Below are positions 19,295 to 29,313 of a stretch of 64,000 nt of DNA, piece by piece. The notes beneath the pieces are model-generated. The model did not search any database, was not told where the DNA came from, and saw only the letters and a program-made list of their open reading frames with translations. Positions within the stretch are counted from its first letter, which is position 1, and each line of letters begins with the position of its first letter. A program made the translations under genes and the position numbers. The stretch is from Ilumatobacteraceae bacterium. Its GTDB lineage: Bacteria > Actinomycetota > Acidimicrobiia > Acidimicrobiales > Ilumatobacteraceae. Location of the stretch: positions 3,723 to 67,722 of the forward strand of contig SHUW01000001.1 in assembly GCA_009694465.1 (NCBI GenBank), read 5' to 3'.

Positions 19295-20224
19295 ATGAAT
19301 CTCTCACAACTTTTAGGGGCAATGGTGGAGATAAATCACAGGAACCATCGTCCCGTCGCCCTCGTCACTGGAGCGAGCCGTGGAATCGGGCGGGCCATCG
19401 CCCTCGCCCTCGCCGAAGGTGGCTACGACCTAGTGATTACCGGGCGGACCATCACTGAAGGTGCAGGCATTAATCCAGCAACTGGACATCACCTTCCCGG
19501 AAGTCTCACATCAACGGCTCAAAGCGCCCAACAACTCGGAGCACAATGTCACACGGTCGTCAGTGATGTTCTCGATCTTGACGATATCGAGCCATCATTT
19601 CAACGTTGTCTGTCCGCTACTAGCGGTTGCATTGATCTTTTAGTGAACAACGCAATTTACGTCGGTTCGGGAAACGATCTGCGCTTCGCCGATTCAGACC
19701 CTGCAGACATTATTCGTCGCACAACAGGGAACTTCACCGCCCCACTTTTATTCACGCACGCTTTTCTACAACATGCTCTCAACAATGACGTCCACCCTGG
19801 CACAGGTTGGCGCGCCACTATCTTGAATATCACTAGTGATGCTGGTCAACGGATCCCCCAACAAGTTGCTGGCGAGGGTGGGTGGTCATTGATGTACGGA
19901 GCAACCAAAGCAGGCTTTCATCGGATGGCTGAAATGTTGGCCCTTGAATACGGCACGGCTGGAATTCGCGCCATCAATATCAACCCTGGACTTGTCACCA
20001 CCGAACGTGTCCTCGACACCGGTGTCGGCCTGCAATGGGTCGCCCGATCTGGAGTAGCCCCGGCAGTTATCGGGGCATCTGTGCTACGCCTGCTCACCGA
20101 CCAGGCCATCGAAAATGGCTCATATATCCATGCCCAGCAATACCTCGCCGAGCATCTTGGCAAAATCGCTTACCAAGCCCTACTCTTGGCTTCTCAGACA
20201 GTTTCGAATGGACAATCATCGTGA
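19295..20224 (+). CDS. SDR-family oxidoreductase
   Basis: TGASRGIGRAIA, NNA and YGATK motifs. Confidence 0.8.
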   Translation: MNLSQLLGAMVEINHRNHRPVALVTGASRGIGRAIALALAEGGYDLVITGRTITEGAGINPATGHHLPGSLTSTAQSAQQLGAQCHTVVSDVLDLDDIEPSFQRCLSATSGCIDLLVNNAIYVGSGNDLRFADSDPADIIRRTTGNFTAPLLFTHAFLQHALNNDVHPGTGWRATILNITSDAGQRIPQQVAGEGGWSLMYGATKAGFHRMAEMLALEYGTAGIRAININPGLVTTERVLDTGVGLQWVARSGVAPAVIGASVLRLLTDQAIENGSYIHAQQYLAEHLGKIAYQALLLASQTVSNGQSS

Positions 20225-21450
20225 GTTTTTCATCACCCGACACATACATCATCGGACCTACCAACCAAGAGATTTTGTTGCCAGAGCCCGAACACTCACC
20301 GGTTTACTACACGCTGATTTCTGTTGATGATCATCTTGTTGAACCGCCCAATATGTTTGACGGTCGCCTCCCCAAAGCCTTGCAAGATCAAGCTCCGCGC
20401 CTCATCGTTAATGAGCGTGGCCACCAAGTGTGGTCCTTTGATGGCCAGATTTTTAGTCAAGTTGGAATGAACGCGGTGGCTGGTCGCAAACCTGAACTGC
20501 GTTCACTTGAGCCAGCGCGTTTTGAAGATATGCGGCGCGGTTGCTGGGACATTGATGAGCGGATCAAAGACATGGATCTCATCGGATGTTGGGCATCACT
20601 CAACTTTCCCTCACAAGTCGCTGGTTTCGCTGGTCGAATCTTTAGCGCTGCAAGCAATCCTGAAGTTGGTTTGGCAACAATGCGTGCTTGGAATGATTGG
20701 CTCTACGAAGAGTGGTGGCAGAAGTACCCCGAGAGGATTATTCCCTGTGGCATTACCTGGCTAGCACCTGGACCTGATGGAACAGCACGCCTCGGTGCCG
20801 ATGAAATCCGCCGTAATGCCGAGCGCGGATTCGTTTCTGTGACCTTGCCTGAACGGCCTCATAACATTGGCTTTCCAAGCCTGTTCAGCGGATGGTGGGA
20901 TCCGATCATCGAGGCCTGCGTCGAGACCGAAACCGTCATTTCCTTGCATGTCGGTTCGTCCGGAATGTATCCCATGCCCGAAGGTGCTCCCGCTCTGCAA
21001 CTCGGAGCCACACTCTTCGGACAGTTGTCATTGAGCGCATGCGCCGAATGGCTATGGAGTGGATACGGCAATCGATATCCCGATCTCAAGATTGCTATGA
21101 GCGAAGGCGGGATTGGCTGGGTACCAATGTTGCTTGATCGATTAGAGAATGTTGTGGACCGCAGTGGCTATGGCGCGAATTGGGACTTACGACCCGCCGA
21201 AATTCTCCGACGCAACTTCTGGTTTTGCACCATTGATGATCCGTCGACAATCGACCTACACGAGGTCATTGGAGATGATCACATCATGGTGGAGATTGAT
21301 TATCCCCATGGCGACAGCACATGGCCTCATAGCCAATCTGTTTTGCGCGATGCGTGGGGACATCTTTCACCAGAGTTACTGCGCAAGTTTTGTTGCGAGA
21401 ATGCGGCAGCTCTCTATCGCCATCCGCTACCTCCACGAATTCTTCCATGA
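20221..21450 (+). CDS. Amidohydrolase-2 (ACMSD-like) family metal-dependent hydrolase
   Basis: Start placed at the GTG at 20221, in a GTGA overlap with the SDR stop. SVDDHLVEP, a C-terminal DYPHGD motif and the overall pattern match PF04909-type proteins. Confidence 0.7.
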   Translation: MSFSSPDTYIIGPTNQEILLPEPEHSPVYYTLISVDDHLVEPPNMFDGRLPKALQDQAPRLIVNERGHQVWSFDGQIFSQVGMNAVAGRKPELRSLEPARFEDMRRGCWDIDERIKDMDLIGCWASLNFPSQVAGFAGRIFSAASNPEVGLATMRAWNDWLYEEWWQKYPERIIPCGITWLAPGPDGTARLGADEIRRNAERGFVSVTLPERPHNIGFPSLFSGWWDPIIEACVETETVISLHVGSSGMYPMPEGAPALQLGATLFGQLSLSACAEWLWSGYGNRYPDLKIAMSEGGIGWVPMLLDRLENVVDRSGYGANWDLRPAEILRRNFWFCTIDDPSTIDLHEVIGDDHIMVEIDYPHGDSTWPHSQSVLRDAWGHLSPELLRKFCCENAAALYRHPLPPRILP

Positions 21451-23108
21451 CCACGGTTGCGCACTTACTTCGCCAGCGCATCGGTGACCACAGCCCTGGT
21501 TACCACTTTGAAGGGCGAACCTATTCTTGGGATCAGGTGGTGACGCAATCTGCTATTCGCGCCTCGATACTCAATAACTTGCTCGATCCCGAAAAGCCGC
21601 GCCACGTGGGTGTTTTGTTGGAAAATACGCCGGATTATTTGTTTTGGATTGGCGGTGCTGCACTCGCTGGGGCATGCATCGTTGGCATTAATCCGACGCG
21701 TCGCGGTGAGGAATTAGCACGCGATATCCGCCATACCGATTGTCAGATGATCGTCAGCGATCAAGCAGGCATTGCGCTATTCAACAATCTTGATACTGGC
21801 GTACCTTCTCAGCGCATCGTTGATATTGAATCGGCGGCTCATACACAGTTAATCAATCAACACAGCAGCGCACACATCCCCGATAGCGAACCTGATCCGA
21901 CGAGTATCCTTTTCCTTCTCTTCACTTCAGGTTCGACGAGTGCCCCTAAGGCAGTTGTTTGCACCAATGAGCGAATGGCCACAGCAAGTATCCGCGCTGG
22001 CGAAATATATGGAGTCACTGCCCACGACATTTGTTATTGCCCGATGCCCTTATTTCATGGCAATGCTCTGATGGCCTGCTGGGGTCCTGCTTTAGCAGTT
22101 GGGGCGCAAGTTGTTTTACGACGAAAGTTCTCTGCGAGCAACTTCATGCTTGACGTGCGCCAGCATGGCTGCACCTACTTCACCTACGTCGGGCGCACCA
22201 TCGCCTACGTTCTCGGGCAGCCAGCCTCTGAACTTGACTCAATCAATCAATTGCGCTTGGGGTTTGGCACCGAGGCCAGCGCTCTTGACCGACAACGCTT
22301 CCTTGATCGCTTCAGATGTCAACTCGTGGAGGGCTACGGCTCGAGCGAAAGTGTTGTCGCCATTATTCGCACGCCTGAGACGCCACCCAATGCTCTCGGC
22401 AAAGAGCGTCCCGACATGGCTGGCAATATCAAAATCGTTGATCCGGAATCAAATATTGAATGCCCACCCGTCATCTTTGATGAGTTTGGAGCGATCACTA
22501 ATCCTCAATGCATTGGCGAGATTGTGAGCTTGACCGGTGGCTCATCATTTGAGGGCTATTACAACAACCACGAAGCTTCCAGCGAGCGTGTCCGCAACGG
22601 TTGGTATTGGACAGGTGACCTGGGGTATAGAGATGCCGACGGTTTCTTTTATTTCGGAGGTCGTAGCGCAGATTGGCTACGCGTTGACAGCGAGAACTTT
22701 GCGGCATCCCCCGTCGAAAACATTATTGCGCGTTATCCCCATGTCGTGATGGCTGCGGTGTATCCAGTCCCCGATCCCCTCACGGGAGACATGGTGATGG
22801 TGGCAATTGAAATGGGGAACGCTACAGATTTTTCACCTGTCGACTTTGACACCTTCATGTCACAGCAACGCGACCTTGGCACCAAGTGGTCGCCACAGAT
22901 CGTGCGCATCACGAAAAACATGCCACTGACAGCCAACAACAAAGTACATAAGCCACCATTACGCAGTGACAAGTGGCGAACCACCGATACGGTTTTCTGG
23001 CGCACCGAACGCAATCAACCTTTGACTCTGATGACCGAGGCCGACAAGGTGGCACTCGAGCAACGTTTCTCCGACAACGGTCGCAGTCACATTTTACTCG
23101 GCCTATAA
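21447..23108 (+). CDS. FadD-like acyl-CoA synthetase (AMP-binding; FadD17/19-like)
   Basis: Start at the ATG at 21447 (ATGA overlap). LLFTSGSTSAPKAV AMP motif and WYWTGDLGYRDADGFFYFGGR. Paralogue of 25490-27166. Confidence 0.85.
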   Translation: MTTVAHLLRQRIGDHSPGYHFEGRTYSWDQVVTQSAIRASILNNLLDPEKPRHVGVLLENTPDYLFWIGGAALAGACIVGINPTRRGEELARDIRHTDCQMIVSDQAGIALFNNLDTGVPSQRIVDIESAAHTQLINQHSSAHIPDSEPDPTSILFLLFTSGSTSAPKAVVCTNERMATASIRAGEIYGVTAHDICYCPMPLFHGNALMACWGPALAVGAQVVLRRKFSASNFMLDVRQHGCTYFTYVGRTIAYVLGQPASELDSINQLRLGFGTEASALDRQRFLDRFRCQLVEGYGSSESVVAIIRTPETPPNALGKERPDMAGNIKIVDPESNIECPPVIFDEFGAITNPQCIGEIVSLTGGSSFEGYYNNHEASSERVRNGWYWTGDLGYRDADGFFYFGGRSADWLRVDSENFAASPVENIIARYPHVVMAAVYPVPDPLTGDMVMVAIEMGNATDFSPVDFDTFMSQQRDLGTKWSPQIVRITKNMPLTANNKVHKPPLRSDKWRTTDTVFWRTERNQPLTLMTEADKVALEQRFSDNGRSHILLGL

Positions 23109-23654
23109 CGCGGGGTTGTGCGCCGTCCAGGTCTGCCAAGATTCGAGACACTCAGGAAGTTCACCTTTGCCCGTTTGATGTAATGGCCACTGGGCTTCAT
23201 CTAAACCTGCAGGCGGATTAGGCATCTCATGGCCGTACCACAACAGATGTCGGCGGCGCGCAAATAGCCAATCACCGTTGACTCGTTGATAGGTGTCGTG
23301 GTACTGAATCTGGTGAATAATCCAAGCACCTTGCGAATCTTCAATTTCCCCGCGGCAGGAAACAATTCCTGTGGCATTGTCCCCGTCTTGGATATCAATG
23401 AGATGGTTATTGACCTGCAAGATCACTCGACCTAAGGAATGCATTTGCGAATCAAAGTTTTCTTTCAGAGCTTGAGTGCCCGACAACTGGCGAGTGATCT
23501 TGATCTCAGGGATAAATAACGCGGCTAGTTTTTGTGTGTCTCGCGCTCCATAATAAATCGCATATCGACTAGTGATCTGGCGAATATCCTCACAGGCGAT
23601 CAACCAATCAACAGGATGAGACTGTTTAAAAGACTCTGCGTTACTCATGATCAT
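23103..23654 (-). CDS. NTF2-fold (SnoaL_4-like) protein
   Basis: 183 aa. The pattern DIRQITSRYAIYYGARD...GDWLFARR is typical of SnoaL/NTF2-like proteins. It sits 5 nt downstream of the SDR gene. Confidence 0.6.
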   Translation of the reverse strand: MIMSNAESFKQSHPVDWLIACEDIRQITSRYAIYYGARDTQKLAALFIPEIKITRQLSGTQALKENFDSQMHSLGRVILQVNNHLIDIQDGDNATGIVSCRGEIEDSQGAWIIHQIQYHDTYQRVNGDWLFARRRHLLWYGHEMPNPPAGLDEAQWPLHQTGKGELPECLESWQTWTAHNPAL

Positions 23655-23659
23655 CTACC

Positions 23660-24442
23660 TTATGGCAAAGGATGTGGATGAACTGTCGGTTGCAATAAAG
23701 CATCGGTACCACCGTCCACAAATAAAACTTGACCCACGATAAATGAAGCCTCCGAGGACAACAAAAACGCGATCGCCGAGGCAATCTCATCCGCCCGACC
23801 CCAACGTCCCCGCGGAATCGGAATCATTTTCAAACGCTCCGCCATGACAGGCACATCTAGTAAGGGTCGAGTCATTGCAGTATCAATGACTCCTGGGGCA
23901 ACCGCATTGAGGCGAATGCCCGATTGCATCCACTCATTTGATTTCATCCGTACCCAAAAAGCGATCGCTAATTTGCCGGCGGGGTATGGAATGTACGTGT
24001 CACCGACTCCATACTTGGCCACTGTCGTCTCTTCATCATCGTTGAGAAAGCCCAGAGCATCTTCAATCGAGAGTCCTGGAGTCATTGTCGTCGAGTTTGA
24101 CGAGATCATCACCACCGCTGGGTCGGCTCCCTTCTCAAGTGCCGATCGTAAGCCATTGACGAGTGCCATGGTGCCATAAAAATTCACTCGCACTTTCAGT
24201 TCATTTGATGCTGGGTTACTCACTCCGGCGCAAGGGACCAAACCATCGAGGGCACCTCCACACAAAGCAATGACCTCATCCACAATTCGTTGTCGTTCCG
24301 CCACTTTGGAGATATCACCGCAGACATCGGCATTGCGCAAATCAACTCCAATAACTTTATGACCCAAGGATTCCAACTTGGCTTTTGTTGCCGCACCAAT
24401 GCCCGAGGCCGTACCTGTGACGCAAATAGTTCCCATGTTCAT
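23660..24442 (-). CDS. SDR, 3alpha-hydroxysteroid dehydrogenase/carbonyl reductase (HsdA)-like
   Basis: The N-terminus ICVTGTASGIGAATKAKLESLGHKVIGVDLRNADVCGDIS...LDGLVPCAG and the 260-aa length resemble Comamonas HsdA-type SDRs as I remember them. Confidence 0.75.
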   Translation of the reverse strand: MNMGTICVTGTASGIGAATKAKLESLGHKVIGVDLRNADVCGDISKVAERQRIVDEVIALCGGALDGLVPCAGVSNPASNELKVRVNFYGTMALVNGLRSALEKGADPAVVMISSNSTTMTPGLSIEDALGFLNDDEETTVAKYGVGDTYIPYPAGKLAIAFWVRMKSNEWMQSGIRLNAVAPGVIDTAMTRPLLDVPVMAERLKMIPIPRGRWGRADEIASAIAFLLSSEASFIVGQVLFVDGGTDALLQPTVHPHPLP

Positions 24443-24511
24443 CCCCCAAAAAATCGTTGATCACATTCTGTCAGATTGCATCGGTGACGCAAAGCCCGTT
24501 ACGGTCACACT

Positions 24512-25483
24512 ATGAAATCGATTGTCTGTCAACAATTCGCACCACTGAACCAATTACAACTCCAAGAATTGTCGGATCCAGAACTACCTGCAGGTTGCGT
24601 CAGAATCGCCATCACGGCCTGCGGAGTGAACTTTGTTGACGCACTCATGGTTCAAGGAAAGTATCAAATCAAGCCACAAACGCCGTTTGTTCCTGGATCA
24701 GAGGCTGTTGGCAGAATCATTGAGATTGCCCCCGACGTCGCAGGTCTCAACATTGGTGAGCGAGTTTTTGCCAACCTCTTCGGTGGATTCAGTTCACAGG
24801 CCGTGGTTCCGGCTCGACGTCTGACGAGATTGCCCGAGGTACTTACTGATGGCCAAGCGGCCACCTTCATGCAGAGTTATCTCACTGGCTGGTTTGCTCT
24901 CGTTGAACGTGCTCAGGTTAAAGCCGACACTTGCCTTTTGGTCCTTGGTGCCGGCAGCGGCGTCGGTCTTGGCGCGGTTGATGTTGCTCAAGCTTTAGGA
25001 GTGCGCGTGATTGCTGCCGCCTCGACGCAAGAAAAACGTGATCTTGCTCAACAGCGCGGTGCCTTCGCAACAATCGATTCAACATTGCCTGCCAACGAGG
25101 TTAAAGAAGAAGCCAAGCGACTCTCTGGCGGCGGCGTTGATTATCTCTACGACCCAGTCGGAGGCGAACTTGGCGAAACCTGCTTGCGTGCCCTCACTGA
25201 CGACGGTCAGTATTTAGTGATTGGCTTTGTGGCTGGTATCCCAAAACTCCCAGCGAATCAGGTGCTGTTGCGAAACCGCCGCGTCATCGGAGTTGACTGG
25301 GGTTCTTGGTCGGGCAGGAATCCCGAGTTGAACGAAGCCATGCTGCAAGAGGTTCTCGCTTTGATCGTTGCCGGCAAACTTCACCCAGTTGAACCTCACA
25401 CGTATCCCCTTGCCAAGGCCGCTCAAGCACTACAGGACCTTGAGGATCGCAAGGTTGCCGGCAAGATCGCTTTAATCCCGTAG
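24512..25483 (+). CDS. NADPH:quinone oxidoreductase / zeta-crystallin-like MDR
   Basis: GVNFVDALMVQGKYQ, LVLGAGSGVGLGAV and a C-terminal KIALIP ending. Confidence 0.85.
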   Translation: MKSIVCQQFAPLNQLQLQELSDPELPAGCVRIAITACGVNFVDALMVQGKYQIKPQTPFVPGSEAVGRIIEIAPDVAGLNIGERVFANLFGGFSSQAVVPARRLTRLPEVLTDGQAATFMQSYLTGWFALVERAQVKADTCLLVLGAGSGVGLGAVDVAQALGVRVIAAASTQEKRDLAQQRGAFATIDSTLPANEVKEEAKRLSGGGVDYLYDPVGGELGETCLRALTDDGQYLVIGFVAGIPKLPANQVLLRNRRVIGVDWGSWSGRNPELNEAMLQEVLALIVAGKLHPVEPHTYPLAKAAQALQDLEDRKVAGKIALIP

Positions 25484-25489
25484 CCGATT

Positions 25490-27166
25490 TCAGATCAGGA
25501 TTGAACCGCGATTACTTCTTGCAAACTTGGCCCGTAATACATCAGCGTCACTTTTCGTGAACCTCTCAAAGCGAATTTCCTTACCTGTTCGCCACCAGAC
25601 CTGAGCATTCTCATTATTTTCAACATCGTGCCAACGACGCAAAACTAATTCGCGTTTGATCACTTTGTTGGTTTGCGTTAGGGGAAGTTGTTCGACAATG
25701 TGTACGAAAGTTGGCACCCACTTCGGACCGAGATCGGTTTGCTCGCCAAGAAATGCGGCAAATTCCACTGCATCCCATTGCGATCCTGGTTGTAGTTGCA
25801 ATGCGACCATCACCCGATCGCCAATTTCCGGATCGGGGACCCCGTACACGGCAGCCAAGATCACATCAGGATGACGCATCACGATACGTTCAATAGGAGC
25901 ACCGGCAAAGTTCTCTCCGTCAACGCGCATCCAGTCGGCACTACGACCAGCGAAAAAGAAAAAACCATTCGCATCGCGATAGCCCAAGTCGCCGGTCCAA
26001 TAAGCACCATTACGAATTCGCTCGTTATTGGCTTCAACATTATTCCAATAGCCCTCAAAAGTTCCACGCCCTGAATTAACGATCTCGCCTGTGGCCTCCT
26101 CGGCATTCAACAGACGACCATCACTATCAAACTCCGCCGTTGGACACTCCTCCCCCGTGTCGGGACTACGTACCGTGATACCTCCCTGAGGAGAAATACC
26201 CAATGAACCCTGCGGCATTCCTGGAACACGAACAATGGATACTCCGCCCTCGGTCTGACCATATCCGTCAGTGAGTTTGCAACCAAAACGTTCGGCGAAG
26301 CGTTCCAAATCCATTTCGGATCCTTCGTTTCCGAAACCGCGTTGTAACGGATTGTCGGAATCGTCCCCTTGTTCGGGGGTCGCCAAAATGTAGGCCAAGG
26401 GTTTGCCGACATAATTGAAATACGTCGCGCCAAACTTGCGTACATCGCTCAAGAACTCACTGGCTGAAAACTTACGTCGTAAAGCGATACAAGTACCGTT
26501 GACCAAACTGGGACCCCACGCCGTGAAGAGAGCATTGGAGTGAAAGAGTGGCATACAAATGTACGTCGTGTCATCTTGCGTCAGGGCCAAGATGGACTTC
26601 ATCGAAACTGCTACGGCACCCAACCTCTGGTGACTTGTGATCACAGCTTTCGGAGCACCGCTAGTACCTGACGTAAAGAGCAAGAGAAATGTGGCTGCCG
26701 GGTCAACGGGACAATCCTGCGCTGATGGCAGTTCTGCGCCGAGATAAGAGTCCACGAGATCAAGATAATCCTGCGACTCAGTCACAAAAACAGAGCCGTT
26801 AGCGTCGCCGAGATCAAGACCATCAAGCAAAGCCATCTGATGTTCTTCGGTGATCACGATCTGACAGGCGGTGTGAACAATATCGCGCGCTAACTCGACC
26901 CCACGACGAGTTGGGTTAATGCCCACGACTACTGAACCCGTCACCGCTGCAACGCCCAGCCACATCGTAAATTCTGGGGTGTTGTCCAGCAAAACACCGA
27001 TATGGGGCGGTGTGTCGCGGGGTCTCTCCGCTAAGACTTTGCGCCACAGCGCAGCCCGAGCGGCAACTTGCACGCACCATTGGCGATATGTCATCGAAAT
27101 TTCTTCAAAGCGAATCGCCACATTGTCATCATCGGCGCGTGCCCGCACATGATCGGCGAAAGTCAT
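25490..27166 (-). CDS. FadD-like acyl-CoA synthetase (AMP-binding)
   Basis: Start set at the ATG at 27166 (MTFADHVRA...), 10 nt after the upstream stop. LLFTSGTSGAPKAV and AYWTGDLGYRDANGFFFFAGR. Confidence 0.85.
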   Translation of the reverse strand: MTFADHVRARADDDNVAIRFEEISMTYRQWCVQVAARAALWRKVLAERPRDTPPHIGVLLDNTPEFTMWLGVAAVTGSVVVGINPTRRGVELARDIVHTACQIVITEEHQMALLDGLDLGDANGSVFVTESQDYLDLVDSYLGAELPSAQDCPVDPAATFLLLFTSGTSGAPKAVITSHQRLGAVAVSMKSILALTQDDTTYICMPLFHSNALFTAWGPSLVNGTCIALRRKFSASEFLSDVRKFGATYFNYVGKPLAYILATPEQGDDSDNPLQRGFGNEGSEMDLERFAERFGCKLTDGYGQTEGGVSIVRVPGMPQGSLGISPQGGITVRSPDTGEECPTAEFDSDGRLLNAEEATGEIVNSGRGTFEGYWNNVEANNERIRNGAYWTGDLGYRDANGFFFFAGRSADWMRVDGENFAGAPIERIVMRHPDVILAAVYGVPDPEIGDRVMVALQLQPGSQWDAVEFAAFLGEQTDLGPKWVPTFVHIVEQLPLTQTNKVIKRELVLRRWHDVENNENAQVWWRTGKEIRFERFTKSDADVLRAKFARSNRGSILI

Positions 27167-27176
27167 TACCTCATTC

Positions 27177-29294
27177 TCAGAGTCCACGGGCCACCTCATG
27201 AGCTGAATGCATGGCACCTTCGATGTAGTCAACTGACTTGGCATCACCGATGATGTGTACGGGAACTGACAAGTCTTGCAACGAATCTGCCACATGGGAA
27301 TCTGGATGCACATCCGATGCCACCACCACAGTGTCTGCGCGCACTTCAAATTCTTCCTCGCCAAGGCGGTAACGAACACTCACTGGACTAATGGAGATAA
27401 TTGATGCTTCGCGTATCAAGACAACCCCATGCTTGCTTGCTGCACTCACCGCAGTCCAACGCCTAGGCATTGCCATGGGAAGACCCATGTGCTGACCATG
27501 CTCCAAAACCGTGACGAGGCGGTGCCGTTGCGCTAAAAATTCGGCAAGTTCAAGTCCGACCAAACTCCCACCAATGACAACGACTCGTTTACCCACTGGC
27601 ATCCATGACTTGGAGAGTGTACGCAACCGCGCTGCGCTACGTAATAGTCCGATGGAGCGCCCAGCACTGATCAAACTCCGTTCCAAGCGACTGAGTGATT
27701 GAACATTGGCATCGTCATCTCCTTCGATCAAGGAGCGCAATCCATCGCCAGTCAAAACGTGCGGCAAATCTGCACCAGGGACATCTGGTAGCCCCCGTCG
27801 AGCCCCAGTAGCCACAATCACCTCATCTGGGTTCAATGCTTTGACGACCTCGCTCGTGGCCATTGTCGAGAGCAACACATCAACGCCTAGTCGCTTGATC
27901 TCAAATGTCAGCCAATCGAGAAGTGGCCCGTTGGCTGGGGTCGTCAATTGTGAAAACCACAATGTGCCGCCGAGTCGTGAGCCTTTTTCAATGAGCGTGA
28001 CTTTGGCGCCGCGAGTAGCGGCGACACGGGCCGCCTCCATGCCACCGGGTCCGCCACCAATGACCACGATATGTTTCGCTTTGGACATCGGTGCGAGCAC
28101 TGCAACGCTTTCATTACACAAAGCAGGATTCACTGCGCACTTTGGATTTCCGTCAAAAAAGTTTTGCTCAACGCAGACATAACAATTAATGCATGGTCGC
28201 ACCGATCGATACTGACCGCGCTGAAGTTTGTTGACTAAATCTGAGTCTGCTAATAATTGGCGACCCATGGAAACAAAATCGCAGTCCCCAGCGGCAATCA
28301 TCGCATTGGCCACTTCTGGCAACATCCGACCCACAGCCACAACAGGAATAGTCACATGCTGTTTGATCTTTTTCGCAAAATCGCGGTACTGGGCGACTTC
28401 TGTTGGCAATGGACCTTGAGTGAAGTCAGCGAAGGGATTGTGTGCGTTGGCTGACACATGAATCGCATCTGCACCTGCCTCTTCGATGAAAGCAGCAGCT
28501 CGCGCCGTCTCCTCTGGCCGCAGACCATCCTCAAGGCCATATTCAAAGCCATTCACCCGCACAAGTACTGGGTAGTTTTTGCCAACTACCGCTTTCACCG
28601 CGCGAACTACCTCGCACGTCAAGCGAACACGGTTTTCCAAGGATCCACCCCAGCGGTCCTCGCGTTTGTTGTATCCCCGCGAGAGAAATGATGACAACAA
28701 GTAACCGTGAGCGGCGTGAATTTCTATTGCATCAACGCCCCCTAATTGCACCCTTCGGGCTGCTTGAGCAAATTGATCGATGACCCATGCCAGGTCATCT
28801 TCGTCGGCAACTTTGTGGGTGGCTTTTTTTCCTTGTGTGGCGGTTGCCAAAGCCATCAACTCTGACATTGGATTATCGCGTAGGGCGCTCATATCCATCT
28901 GGCCTTCTAACAACGAAGGCACCAGTTGTGGACGCCCTTGCGCCACATCCACACTTGCAGTCTTTCCATGGTGACATAACTGCATACATAACTTGCCGCC
29001 CGCAGCATGTACCGAATCAGCCAAGCGTCGAATGCCAGGAATAAAACGGTCATCCGAAAATGCTGGCTGGTGAAGTGAGGTCGCTCCTACCGGCCAGGCC
29101 ACCGCACCCGTTCCGGTAATCACCATTGCTGTCCCACCTGCCGCTCGCGCACTGTAGTGGGCAATCTCGCCGTCACTCATTTCACCGTCAACACAGAGAT
29201 TCATATCCATCGCGGGCATCAGCACCCGATTGGATAACTCAAGCCCAGCAATACGCCCCGGCGATAAAAGGGAATCAAAAGATGGAGTACTCAT
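27177..29294 (-). CDS. OYE-domain NADH:flavin oxidoreductase fused to an FAD/NAD(P) domain (2,4-dienoyl-CoA reductase FadH / BaiCD-BaiH family)
   Basis: N-terminal old-yellow-enzyme TIM barrel, the Cys cluster CINCYVCVEQ...KCAVNPALC, then VVIGGGPGGMEAA and VVIGGSLVGLELAE dinucleotide motifs. Confidence 0.85.
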   Translation of the reverse strand: MSTPSFDSLLSPGRIAGLELSNRVLMPAMDMNLCVDGEMSDGEIAHYSARAAGGTAMVITGTGAVAWPVGATSLHQPAFSDDRFIPGIRRLADSVHAAGGKLCMQLCHHGKTASVDVAQGRPQLVPSLLEGQMDMSALRDNPMSELMALATATQGKKATHKVADEDDLAWVIDQFAQAARRVQLGGVDAIEIHAAHGYLLSSFLSRGYNKREDRWGGSLENRVRLTCEVVRAVKAVVGKNYPVLVRVNGFEYGLEDGLRPEETARAAAFIEEAGADAIHVSANAHNPFADFTQGPLPTEVAQYRDFAKKIKQHVTIPVVAVGRMLPEVANAMIAAGDCDFVSMGRQLLADSDLVNKLQRGQYRSVRPCINCYVCVEQNFFDGNPKCAVNPALCNESVAVLAPMSKAKHIVVIGGGPGGMEAARVAATRGAKVTLIEKGSRLGGTLWFSQLTTPANGPLLDWLTFEIKRLGVDVLLSTMATSEVVKALNPDEVIVATGARRGLPDVPGADLPHVLTGDGLRSLIEGDDDANVQSLSRLERSLISAGRSIGLLRSAARLRTLSKSWMPVGKRVVVIGGSLVGLELAEFLAQRHRLVTVLEHGQHMGLPMAMPRRWTAVSAASKHGVVLIREASIISISPVSVRYRLGEEEFEVRADTVVVASDVHPDSHVADSLQDLSVPVHIIGDAKSVDYIEGAMHSAHEVARGL

Positions 29295-29313
29295 CGGGGT
29301 TATTTCTCAGCCT

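Noticed and set aside
24455-24482. Possible eighth operator copy between the HsdA-like SDR and the quinone oxidoreductase (GTTGATCAC-ATTCT-GTCAGATTG; also the local palindrome TCTGTCAGA).
   Set aside because: Only about 6/9 matches per arm and poor dyad symmetry. It could be a degenerate site but is not supportable by eye.
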